From positions 64,001 to 128,000 of the forward strand of contig CAVSJV010000013.1 of assembly GCA_963728405.1 (NCBI GenBank): 64,000 nucleotides of DNA, written 5' to 3'. This document shows, piece by piece, positions 53,793 through 64,000 of this stretch (the first letter of the stretch is position 1; every line of letters begins with the position of its first letter). Position numbers and translations under genes: made by a program. Below the pieces are notes generated by a model, which saw only the letters and a program-made list of their open reading frames with translations, was not told where the DNA came from and did no database searches. Source of the DNA: Methanomassiliicoccaceae archaeon (GTDB lineage Archaea; Thermoplasmatota; Thermoplasmata; Methanomassiliicoccales; Methanomassiliicoccaceae).

Positions 53793-54104
53793 ATGACCCA
53801 AACCATGGAACCGACATACTGGAAGGCCACAGGGGCGAAGGAAGTTTATACTGACGATGGAAAGTTGCTGGGGACTCTGGATGGGATCATGGTAGACCCG
53901 AAGGGTTGGACGGTTTCCTATTTCGTCATAGAAGTGCACAAGGACATCTCGGAGGAGCTGAACATCAAGAAACCGATGTTCGGCGCCGCAATGGTGAACA
54001 TCCCCGCTTCCTTTGTGAAGGACGTCGCCGACGTAATGCAGCTCAATTCCAACTTTGCCTCCATTAAGGGCGCTGTCAAGGTACACAATCCAAAAGGAAC
54101 CTGA
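53793..54104 (+). CDS. PRC-barrel domain protein
   Basis: KEVYTDDGKLLGTLDGIMVDPKGW. Confidence 0.8.
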   Translation: MTQTMEPTYWKATGAKEVYTDDGKLLGTLDGIMVDPKGWTVSYFVIEVHKDISEELNIKKPMFGAAMVNIPASFVKDVADVMQLNSNFASIKGAVKVHNPKGT

Positions 54105-54207
54105 ACGGCCGGAGCCTCCGGTCACTTTCCTTTTATTTACACTTTCAAGCGTGCCATTTTCCTAAAGCAAACCGAGCTATGGATTATATACCTTCGATAA
54201 GAAACAT

Positions 54208-54909
54208 ATGCCCAATCTGATGTTCGGTCTAACTCACTGGATGAGAATGCAATCGGAAAAGTATCTCGATCCGGTCGATAGATTGCCCGAGGTGGTCCTT
54301 GGCCTCATTCTGGTCTTAGGGGTCACTGGGACACTCAGAATAAGTATCTCCCAAAATGGGTTCTCTGTAGTAAATCTATTATTGGCTGTGATCGGGGTCA
54401 ACATCGCTTGGGGTATCGTCGATGGGGTGATGTATGTCATTGGCAGCTATTTTACTCGAAATAGATATGCGACGATCTCCAAGGTCCTAAATGAAGACCG
54501 AGATAATGCGAAAGCGAAAGAGGCCATCGTGGACGACCTCGACAATACGATCATTCATACTATGAACTCAAGCGATCGAGAACGCATCGTCGCTATTGTG
54601 GCTGATGCCGTGCCCTCCATTCATGATAGAAAGGCTTTCTTCAAGGACTTCGGCGACGATCTGATCGGTGGTCTTTGGATATTCATTACTGTCTTTCTTA
54701 CGCTGTTTCCGGTCATCATCCCATTTATTGTTTTTCCGAGCGAGCCGATCCTGGCATTGAACATCTCGAACCTAATCGCTCTGGTAATGATGTTCGTCAT
54801 TGGGGTAGAGTGGGGTAGCTATGCTGGCATTAGGAGATTAGGGCCCGGAATTGGTTTTCTTGTAATTGGTACGGCCATTATGTTGACAACACTCTACCTG
54901 GGGGGATGA
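54208..54909 (+). CDS. VIT1/CCC1-like membrane protein
   Basis: LDPVDRL.EVVLGLI, NIAWGIVDGVMY, PVIIPF. Confidence 0.7.
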   Translation: MPNLMFGLTHWMRMQSEKYLDPVDRLPEVVLGLILVLGVTGTLRISISQNGFSVVNLLLAVIGVNIAWGIVDGVMYVIGSYFTRNRYATISKVLNEDRDNAKAKEAIVDDLDNTIIHTMNSSDRERIVAIVADAVPSIHDRKAFFKDFGDDLIGGLWIFITVFLTLFPVIIPFIVFPSEPILALNISNLIALVMMFVIGVEWGSYAGIRRLGPGIGFLVIGTAIMLTTLYLGG

Positions 54910-55703
54910 CAACCTACGGAAAAGAAGGGCTGGCCACGTCGACGATCCAAAAACAATCGATATAGTAAATCGCTGATATTTTGACCAAGGAGGCCTTTAG
55001 AATCAGATGGATGGTGTCGAATTTGTATTTCTTTCAGCAGGACCATATATCATCCAATGGCGATTCGTCGATCTCATTGTCTAGTCATATCGCCGGTATA
55101 CATTGCCTAGGCCATTATCGTTTTCCTATCGGCTTTTCTCCAGCTCGCCATGCCGAGTAACGATGCCTTTCCGATTATTTCGCTTGTCGTCACTATTGTT
55201 CTCTTCTTTATCGGCCTCGCAGGCCTCTTTGTAAAGAGTTCTTCGGCAGAAGTGGAATTTCTTACCATTCCACATCCCTACCAAGACATCGGATCGCATA
55301 GAGGGATATATAATGCATGTACGATATTATGTTCTATTTGGAATGCTAGGCACCCACCGAAGGGGTGTTCTGCAAAATTTATCGAAATGTTCGGGAGATG
55401 AAATCAGGTGCCATTGTTAGGTGAACAGAGCAGGATTTGTGTCAACTGAACCGCTTGGATGGCACCAAAATATTTCCGGGAATCCAAAAATCTTGCCGAG
55501 GGACGAACAAAACAATCAAACCCTTCCAACTATGATTATGTAATTGGTCTGGGTTATCGGGTGTCGAGATTTAGCCGGGCTTCGAGTTTGGTGTAACTAT
55601 CGTCACTTTTTAACCGCACCCAACAACCGCACTAGTCGCTGATATTTCTTAGCTGTGATATATTTATTATAAATGCTCTCCCCTTTCACAGGGGGAACAT
55701 AAC

Positions 55704-56618
55704 ATGAAAACGCCATCGGCCGATTTCAAAGAAAACATCCTCCAGACGATCGGCAATACCCCCTTGGTCAGGATAAACAAGCTTAATCCGAACAAGAACA
55801 CGACGATATATGCCAAAGTAGAGGGATTCAATCCTACTGGCAGTATCAAAGACCGGATTGCCTTGAGCATGATCCAGCAGGCTGAAGATGAGGGCACGCT
55901 GACCAAAGGTAAAACTATCATCGAACCAACGTCGGGGAATACCGGGGTGGCTTTAGCGATGATCGGTGCGATCAAAGGGTATGAAGTAGAGATCGTTATG
56001 AGTGAGTCCGTCTCGGTAGAGAGACGGCAGATGATCAAAGCGTTCGGCGGAATCGTCACCTTAAGCGAGGGGAAATACGGCACCGACGGCGCCATTAGAA
56101 AAGCACGGGAATTGGTCAAGGCAAATCCTCAAAAGTACTTCATGCCGGACCAGTTTTCCAACCAGTATAACCAGCTTGCGCATTATAAGACGACCGGGGA
56201 TAAGATCTGGAAGCAAACTGGAGGCAAAGTAGACTATTTTGTGTCGGCGTTAGGCACTTCTGGCACGATAATGGGCGTAGGTAAAGCGTTAAAGGAACAT
56301 AATCCGCAAATAAAGATAGTCAGCGCTCATCCTGTTAAAGGGCACTATATCCAGGGATTAAAGAACATGGAAGAAGCCATTGTCCCGGCGATATATGACC
56401 CCACCCAGATCGACGCCACCATCATGGTCGAGACGGAAATAGCCTATGAGATGACCCGTCAGATCGTTAAACAGGAAGGGATCTTCGTTGGTATGAGCAG
56501 CGGTGCCGCAATGTATGCTGCCATCGAGATAGCCAAGCAGATAGAGTCCGGCGTTATTGTAACTATTTTACCTGACCGGGGAGAGAAATACCTAAGCACC
56601 AAGCTATTTTCAGTTTAG
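55704..56618 (+). CDS. cysM: Cysteine synthase (O-acetylserine sulfhydrylase family)
   Basis: IGNTPLV, NPTGSIKDR, TSGNTG, GTSGT, GMSSGA, PDRGEKYLS. Confidence 0.92.
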   Translation: MKTPSADFKENILQTIGNTPLVRINKLNPNKNTTIYAKVEGFNPTGSIKDRIALSMIQQAEDEGTLTKGKTIIEPTSGNTGVALAMIGAIKGYEVEIVMSESVSVERRQMIKAFGGIVTLSEGKYGTDGAIRKARELVKANPQKYFMPDQFSNQYNQLAHYKTTGDKIWKQTGGKVDYFVSALGTSGTIMGVGKALKEHNPQIKIVSAHPVKGHYIQGLKNMEEAIVPAIYDPTQIDATIMVETEIAYEMTRQIVKQEGIFVGMSSGAAMYAAIEIAKQIESGVIVTILPDRGEKYLSTKLFSV

Positions 56619-56940
56619 ATGGTTTTTCATAATGCCACTGTTCCCGGGGATTGCCTAATTCCCCCCTTTCCACCACAAGCAGGGGGCGCGTCTCCGGAAC
56701 TGACATAGAGGTACTAGCAAGTGCAAGCGGTCCTGGCGGGGGGTTGTGTTCAGGCGGCCGCACATCGGGCCCGGCTACCAGTTCGTTGACAATACCCCAA
56801 TCTTCGGGCCCTTCGACACTAAGATGGCCATTAGCCATCTGGGCTTGGACGTGGACAATATGACGACGCGATGGGGCGGCTTGGTTTATATTAGGCCAGC
56901 ATCTATTTTCCGTAAACGGAAACTAACATATTGAGCCAGG

Positions 56941-57240
56941 ATGATGGTGGACAGAGCGGATTTCTGCCCACGAAATCGTCTGGCCAAATTGACGACCCTG
57001 AATGGATCGTCAATAACCGAGGTATCCACCATGCTGGGTCATGCCGATACCAGGACGACCATGATCTATCTAGGATTGACCCTTGATTATCTCGCCAAGG
57101 TCCAGGAGAAGAGGGACGACTATCTGGACCTGATAAGAATGAAGATGAGGGCGAACCCTCAGGCCTTCCAGGAAAAACATAATGCCGATGTTGTTCGCAA
57201 TGTAAGGGCGTTTCCCAACACTATTGGGGAAAACGAGTGA
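56941..57240 (+). pseudogene. Tyrosine integrase C-terminal remnant
   Basis: VSTMLGHADTRTTMIYL box II; ends just before the att repeat. Confidence 0.8.
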
Positions 57241-57252
57241 AGCCAGAAGAAT

Positions 57253-57278
57253 TAGTGGGCCCGAAGAGATTTGAACTC
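57253..57278. repeat. att copy: 26-bp duplicate of the tRNA-Ile 3' end
   Basis: TAGTGGGCCCGAAGAGATTTGAACTC is identical to 62930-62955. Confidence 0.9.
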
Positions 57279-57780
57279 ATTATTATTATCTGGCCAACCC
57301 TCGAAAATTTCAAAATTCTGTGACCGTATTGGAGGGCGTTAGCATTCACGATGCTCCGGTGGAATGGATGGTCCTCTGGAGTTCTTACCATCGACCAGTG
57401 AAAACGAAGCCCCCTCAACGGTGCCTAGTTCCAAGAACTGCCATGATGTATATTCTCTAGAAGTTGGGGCGGTTGGGCTGGACTTATTACTGGCTATCGA
57501 AATATTCCTCCACAACCTCTATTTGGGAAGCCGTTGGGACACAAGATGGGATCATTGTAATGAATTGATGGGCCGAGCGGGATTTTAAACCGCCAAACTG
57601 TCTGGCTGACCCCTCAATTGTACCGTCCTCGGTACAGAGCGCTTGTTCGAGGCTATGAAAAATAGTCCTAAACCACTTCCTTTCTTTGCCTCAACTATCT
57701 TAACTAATTTAACTTTCAGTTCCAATCACCAATCATCTGGCTCGGGGATTGCGATCAAGTTAGCTTATAGATCAAGGTGG

Positions 57781-58898
57781 TTAAGCATGGGGGTCTGAGC
57801 CCCTCGGTGCTTCTTTGTTAGCATATAATTTCATGGTACGGTCGACCAAGGCTTGGATGTAGACAGGAACGATAATCGCACAGGGGATCCCTAGGGCAAC
57901 CACCAAGATCGGCGCAGCCCCCGGGGCTCACGCTCGCCCCCAGGACCGCGAACAGCGTGAGGAAGTAGATGTGGAAGAGGTATATCGAATAGGTTGACGG
58001 GCCGACTCTTTTAACCACCCTGGCGATTAAGCCGGTAGCATATCTTTTGAACAAGTTGACGAAGAAGATGGAGACGGAGACACCGATCACGCCGATTAGG
58101 GCGAGTGCGATGGTTGGAATCAGGGAGGGCGGGAGCAGCTCACATACCAGCCCGAGCATGCCCCCGCCTGAGGCATATATGAGGGACAAGCCGACCCCGG
58201 AAGCCAGGCAGACTTTTAGGACCGTGGCCCCCTTTATATCCGACATATTCGCCCCCCTTCCGAGGAGAATCCCGGCGATGAAGATCCAGTAGTAGATGTA
58301 CACCTGGCTCAGTCCCACGGCACCGGTGATGAAAGAGACAACGACCAGGACTGCGAAGATGGCCAAGGCGACGAGGAAGAGGGACCTGGTGAAACCTAAT
58401 CTAGCCCTATCGGCCAAGTAGATCAGTACGGGAAAGAAGAGGTAGAAAATCACAATAACGCTGACGAACCATAGAATACCAAGGTAGGGTACCAGCTTAG
58501 GGTAGAATAGGATCTGCAGGCCGCTTACCGTGAGAAGCTGCTGCAGGGCTGTGAGGTCGGTCAGAGCGAAGAGGGACTTCACCGACTGCCCGGAAGCTAT
58601 GACGATTGTGGCGACGATCAGCGCCACCCAATAGAGCGGGTATATTCTGACAAAACGCTTCCGGAGGAAAATCAGGACTGTCGCCAGGGCGGTCGAAAGT
58701 GGGCTTCTTGAGCATCAAGGAGTACCCAGAGGTGAAGAAGAATATGCTTAGGCCGGTGACGCCGGTCCAAACGCTCAACGTCAACAACCAGCTCACACTG
58801 GCAAAGGCCGGTACCATCTCGAGCACATGGGCGACCACAATCGCCAGGATCGCCATCGCCTTCAAGATGTCGAGCTCAACGAGCCGGTTGGATCCCAT
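57781..58898 (-). CDS. Acyltransferase family 3 (OafA-like), two frameshifts
   Basis: RLVELDILKAMAILAIVVAH, FFFTSGY, LWFV, TYSIYLFH. Confidence 0.8.
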
Positions 58899-59529
58899 TA
58901 AGCGCTCCTCGTAATGGTGTTCCAACAACCCAAAGATAAATTATTTGTAGAATAAGGAGGTCCTTCCCTCCCTCAAAAATTCCAGTTCTAGGTTACTCAT
59001 CTGGATAGAAAAATGGGAGAGGGTAAAAGCCATACCCTTTTGATTGAGCCGTCATATTTGCCGGAAAGGTATAAAAGTCCTAAGTATTTGCCATCAATGA
59101 GGGCCTTTCCCTCAATGGACGACACCATCTCCCCCATAAGGCGTCAAGTAATTGTCCCCCCTTCCTTTTTGACCACATAGTTAGGTCTCATCCTAATCCA
59201 CCGCCTTGGAGCCCTGGATGGCCAGGTCCTCGTAGATGGTACATTGGCAGACCAGGGGCGAACGACTATCGCACTCCTCGCGGCCGCATGACAAGCACAA
59301 ACCTTTTTTCACACGATAGTGCTTGAGCGGCGTATTGACCCTCATCGGGTCGGGGGCTCTTTCCTCTTTCATTGGTTATCTGCATCCCGGTTGCTAGAAC
59401 GATCTGATTCCACGCGACCATGGCGGACATCATAGCCACAAAGATGAACCCCGCGGTAAGTTTCTCTACTATGATTCCACCTATACCGCCGCCTTGGAGT
59501 AACCAGGCGTCGCCCAAATCCAGTGTAGC

Positions 59530-59712
59530 TAGGCAACTCCTATCGACCTCGCCAAATCTCGCTGTTATAGGGGTTAGGGCTGGAAACAGCTATGGCCATC
59601 CGACTTCCGATACGCTATCCCGTCTGAACGCCCATAGTGTGACCATCTACCGCACCGACCTCAATGGAACAGTGACCATAACACGGATGGCACCACCTGG
59701 ACAGTCACCTGA
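59530..59712 (+). pseudogene. ComEC/Rec2-type MBL C-terminal remnant
   Basis: AVIGVRAGNSYGHPTSDTLSRL..IYRTDLNGTV. Confidence 0.7.
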
Positions 59713-60100
59713 AGGTGGTCCCGTTCATTTCCAATTCATCCGCAGATTAGGACCTACTTGGGAGCGCCCATCGGCAATCGTTGGAACTTAATTTCCTGCC
59801 CACGGCTCTCACATCTTCCCTCGACCATAATTCGATTGAAGGCAAACCTTACTTTCTGTTCATGGCCGTAGATGAGAAATGGGACCGTTCTTCGAGAATA
59901 CTCTCGGTGGGGTGGGATTGGCACGAGCTCGAGATAGGGGCAACAAGGGTAAGTGGCTTAAGGGGGGGGGAGTGCCGAAAGTGAGTAGGATACAATATAA
60001 TAATCAACAAGCCCTTCGTATTTTCCTCGTGGTGGGAATCAATCAGCGTTTACATCTAGGATGGTTGCCCATATGCACGAAGCAGCGATGGCCGGGGACC

Positions 60101-61954
60101 ATGACTGGGCCAAAGGGAGCGGACGAATCGTGGCGCCGTTCAGAGCATCATCAACGGGCTACCAGGCGCTGTTTTCTACCTCTCCTCCGACGAGTTCGAA
60201 GTAGAGTACATCAGCGACGATTCTCGCCACTTTCTTCCCGGGAGGTTCAAGAACCAAACCTCGTCGGTGTGAAGTTGGTAGACTTCGTCACAGGCGGTGA
60301 GAAGAGCCCCGTCTTACCAATTCTCCGCCGGGTCTCCGAGACCAAGGAGAAGTTGGAGATCAGAGAGTTCCGAGCCAAAAACGAGGACGGGATCGAGTTC
60401 TGGGTCAACTGGTCTGCTATCCCCATCGAGAACGGCACAGGGAGGGCGGACTTGCTGGTGATGATCCAAGAAGACGTTACCGAACGCAAGCGGGTGGAGG
60501 AAGTGCTAAAGGAAAGTGAGGAAAAGTTTTCCAGGGCCTTCCATGGTTCCTCAGCTTCGACCTACATCACGCGTTTGAGCGACGGCAAGATCATTCACGC
60601 GAATGACCAAGGCCTCAAAATGTTGGAGTATGGCAAGGGATGAGCTATTAGGTCGAACGACCACCGAACTGAACTTATGGCCTACCGAGAAGGATCGCCA
60701 AAATGTTGTTAATGAGCTAAAACAGAAAGGCTCCATTAACAACATGGAACTACGCCTTCGTAAGAAGAACGGCCAAATCTGGACCACGTTGTATTCGGCT
60801 CAGGTCATTGAATTCAAGGGGGAGGAGATAATGCTCTCCTCTCTCGTGGACATCACCGACCGCAAACGAGCGGAGGAAGCGCTCAAGGAGAGCGAGGAGC
60901 GCTCCGGACGCTCGCCGACAACATCCCTCAGTTAGCGTGGATGGCTGACGCGAACGGCTGGATCTTCTGGTATAACAGGCAGTGGTACGATTACACCGGC
61001 ACCACCCCAGAGCAGATGGGGGGCTGGGGCTGGCAGTCGGTGCACAACCCCGATGTACCGCCGAAGGTCCTCGATCAATGGAAGGGCTCGATAGCCACCG
61101 GCCAACCGTTCGACATGGTGTTCCCGCTGCGGGGCGCCGACGGAGTGTTCCGTCCCTTCCTGACGCGGGTACTGCCGGTGAAGGACGAGAGCGGCAAGGT
61201 CGCTCGCTGGTTCGGCACCAACACCGAAATAACCGAAGAGGTGGAGACGCGACGGAACCTCGAGCGCTCCAACGCCGAGCTGCAGCAGTTCGCTTACGTA
61301 GCCAGTCACGATCTTCAAGAGCCGCTCCGAATGATCATGAGCTATCTGGGTCTGCTCAACAAGAAGTATGGCGATCAGCTCAACGACCAGGCCAAAGGGT
61401 ACATGGCCTACGTGAACGCCGGTGCCGCACGCATGAGGGAGCTCATCAACGATCTGCTGCAATACTCGCGCATCGATATGCAGGGCGAAGAGTTCTCGGC
61501 CGTTGATCTGGAGCAGGTAGCGGAGAGAGCGATCGACAACCTGCATGTGGTGATCGGGGAGAGCAGGGCAGTGGTCGATCTAGGCCCCCTGCCGACCGTT
61601 TTCGGGGATGCGACGCAATTATCTCAGGTGCTCCAGAACCTCATCAGCAACGCCATCAAGTTCCACGGGCCAGAGCCGCCGAGAATAGAGATCACTTCTC
61701 AAGAGCGCGATCGAGAGTGGACCATCTCGGTCAAGGACAACGGCATCGGCATCGATCCGAAGTATCACAACAAGCTGTTCCAGATGTTCCAGAGACTGCA
61801 TACTCAAAATGAATATCCTGGCACCGGTATCGGGCTGGCCATAAGCAAGAAGATCGTGGAGCGGCACGGCGGTCGCATCTGGATCGAGTCGGAGGTCGGC
61901 AAGGGTACGACCTTCTTTTTCACCGTACCTAAGACAGGCGAGAGGGCGAGGTAG
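60101..61954 (+). CDS. Multi-PAS histidine kinase (several frameshifts; start uncertain)
   Basis: PAS/PAC repeats, FAYVASHDLQEPLR, NLISNAIKF, DNGIG, GTGIGL. Confidence 0.85.
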
Positions 61955-62364
61955 ATGAACGAAGGCCACCGGATCCTGCTCATTGAGGACAATCGGCCTG
62001 ATGCGGACATTATCAGAGAGCTGATCAAAGATACTGGGATCGTGCATGAGCTGATTTGGCTCGATAATGGGGAGAAAGCGATCAAGTTCTTCGACGATGT
62101 TGGGCAGGCCGGTCTATCATCATTGACCTCAATCTGCCCCGAGTCAGTGGTCACGAGGTCCTGGAATTCTTAAAAGAACGGGGAATAAGCAAGACCACTC
62201 CAGTGATCGTTCTGACCGGCTCCGACTCTAATCTGGACAAGGAGAAGGCCAGGAAGAACGACATGGTCTGCTACCCCATCAAGCCGATGACGGCCGAGGA
62301 GATGGAGCGGACGACCGAGAAGCTGAAGGAAATAATGCTAGGGCCGCGGTCCTGCAACTGCTAG
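61955..62364 (+). CDS. Single-domain response regulator (frameshift near 62115)
   Basis: ILLIEDN, then IIDLNLPRVSG, VIVLTGS and KP in the shifted frame. Confidence 0.82.
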
Positions 62365-62663
62365 ATGATCGGCAACCGGCACAAGCAGGGTCCTACTTCT
62401 GGAAGGGAGGGGTCCGTTCTAGAAAGAAAATGGGCTGCCGTCTCGGACGACATCCCACATGCGCTTACCGGACTGAACGCTGCGGCCTGGAGTCGCTCGC
62501 GACGGAGCGTCATTGAGACTCATGCGCCAAATTACGATATTTAGTTTGGTCGGTTTGCTGATAGGAAACTGCCTCCGATTCCATAGGAATATAATAGATT
62601 AATTTAAGATGAAAATAACTATCTGGACATCTCTATAATGCTACCTCGTACATATGTGTTAAC

Positions 62664-62834
62664 ATGCCTACGAATACGACCAACAAGAAGACCACAGTCC
62701 ACGCGTCCGTCTACCTGCCCGTACCACTCCATAAAGAGCTGATAAAGATGTCGAGGTGGACCAGGCTCGGCCGATCGGACATCATGCGAACGGGTGTCAT
62801 CAAGTACCTTGATCAGCTGTTGTTGAGAAGATGA
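62664..62834 (+). CDS. Ribbon-helix-helix (CopG-like) protein (not in ORF track)
   Basis: HASVYLPVPLHKELIKMSRWTRLGRSDIMRTGVIKYLD. Confidence 0.65.
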   Translation: MPTNTTNKKTTVHASVYLPVPLHKELIKMSRWTRLGRSDIMRTGVIKYLDQLLLRR

Positions 62835-62932
62835 AAGCGGAGCCTATGATCAAGGAAGAATTCCCGCTCTTCAGCCGGTAAAGGCGTTTACAAATGGAAT
62901 TGGGAAAATTAGGATGAGCCAGATGATAGTAG

Positions 62933-63007
62933 TGGGCCCGAAGAGATTTGAACTCTTGACCTCCCGGTTATCAGCCGGGCGCTCCAGCCAGTCTAAGCTA
63001 CGGGCCC
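62933..63007 (-). tRNA. tRNA-Ile(GAT), CCA not encoded
   Basis: GGGCCCG acceptor, CCCGG-CTGATAA-CCGGG anticodon arm, GTTCAAATC T-loop. Confidence 0.95.
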
Positions 63008-63166
63008 CTGTGCTTCATGGGAATAGTGCAATCCATTTTAAAGCTTTCCATTCGTAACGCCCTCCCAAGATAGATATGGACGTGTTTTCCAAATGCGTGA
63101 AATTTCATCTCATTATCTTGATATCTGCCATATCGTTCTAGGGAATCGCAGGGAGGGACGGATCAG

Positions 63167-64000
63167 GTGCCTGTCATTGAAAAGGGTTCGCTCAGGAAAG
63201 GCCAGTTGAACGGGGAGGTTTGCGTGGTGACCGGGGCCGGTCGTGGGATCGGCCTGGAAGCTGCTCGGTCCTTGGCCTGGCTAGGAGCAAAGGTGATCAT
63301 CGCCGAGATCGACGAACAAAATGGAAGGGCTGTTGCCGAGTCGGTAAATGCCGATTTCGGTAAGGGCTCTGCCATCTTCGTCCGGACCGACGTGGCCGAC
63401 CCCGATAGCGTAAGAGGTCTTTCCGCGTTAGCTAATGAAGTGTACGGCCATGTGGATGCCGTCATCAATAACGCCACCGCCTTCCGGATGGGACCGGTGA
63501 TCGAGGTCGGCATCGACAGCTGGGACCTGGCATACCGGGTTAACGTCGGGGCCGGTCCTAATGGCCCAGACCTTCCTTCCCGGAATGATCGAGCGTGACC
63601 ATGGCACGTTCATCTGCGTATCGTCCTCGGGGGCCGCGCCGTTCATGGGCGCCTACGAGATATTCAAGACCGCTCAGGTCGAGCTGGCCCGCGTCCTAGA
63701 CGCGGAGATGGAGGGCCGTAAGGTCAACATCCTTACCATCGGCCCAGGCCTGGCCCGCACTCCCGGATCGGAAGAAGGGATACGCGCTCTCGCTCCGCTC
63801 TACAACAAGAGCGTGGAAGAGTTCTATGCAATGAGCGAGGAGGCCCAGCTTACCGCGGAAGAAGCGGGGGCCGGTTTCGCTGCGGCGGTAGCTTTGGCCG
63901 ATAGGTTCCGCGGGCAGGAGATAAGCTCTTTTGCGGCCCTGAGCACTGTCGGGATAACCGTCGTAAAAGGCAAACCCTTGAAAGAGTGGACGTCCCAAGA
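63167..64000 (+). CDS. SDR oxidoreductase (frameshift near 63550; runs off window end)
   Basis: TGAGRGIG, NNA, then YEIFK (YxxxK) in the shifted frame. Confidence 0.85.

Larger units (their letters stand above)
57253..62955. mobile_element. Decayed integrative island (~5.7 kb) at tRNA-Ile
   Basis: Bounded by 26-bp direct repeats, one inside the tRNA; cargo of acyltransferase, HK/RR, RHH and gene remnants. Confidence 0.75.

Noticed and set aside
1-64000. CRISPR array, rRNA or intact IS element
   Set aside because: No regularly spaced repeats, rRNA-like sequence or transposase ORF was seen.

Overview
Archaeal chromosomal window, most likely Methanomassiliicoccales/Thermoplasmata. This is inferred from the thermosome, archaeal DnaG, class V FBP aldolase/phosphatase, Nre, a protease-less Lon and methanogen-type PAS kinases. 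The first ~28 kb is mostly housekeeping (aspS, ferredoxin, fbp-tpiA, PLD, rimI, Lon-like ATPase, dnaG, SAMP, intron-containing tRNA-Ser, tldD-pmbA, larE/larB, PolX-PHP, nreA-radical SAM, thermosome) plus a four-gene isoprenoid/prenyltransferase cluster. The 28.8-35.4 kb stretch has AT-rich spacers with an SSB gene, two tandem short serine recombinases, ProDH, an acetate-uptake-family gene with a structured leader, a small RHH gene and crcB. The 35-51 kb stretch holds accessory metabolism, stress and signalling genes. The 51.5-63 kb stretch is a decayed tandem island array at the 3' end of tRNA-Ile(GAT). Many conserved genes carry single-base frameshifts, which most likely reflect assembly errors. 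The best leads are the tandem serine recombinase pair, the prenylation cluster, the switch-like leader RNA and a PolX-PHP protein with both active sites degenerate. All calls come from reading motifs by eye; no searches were run.
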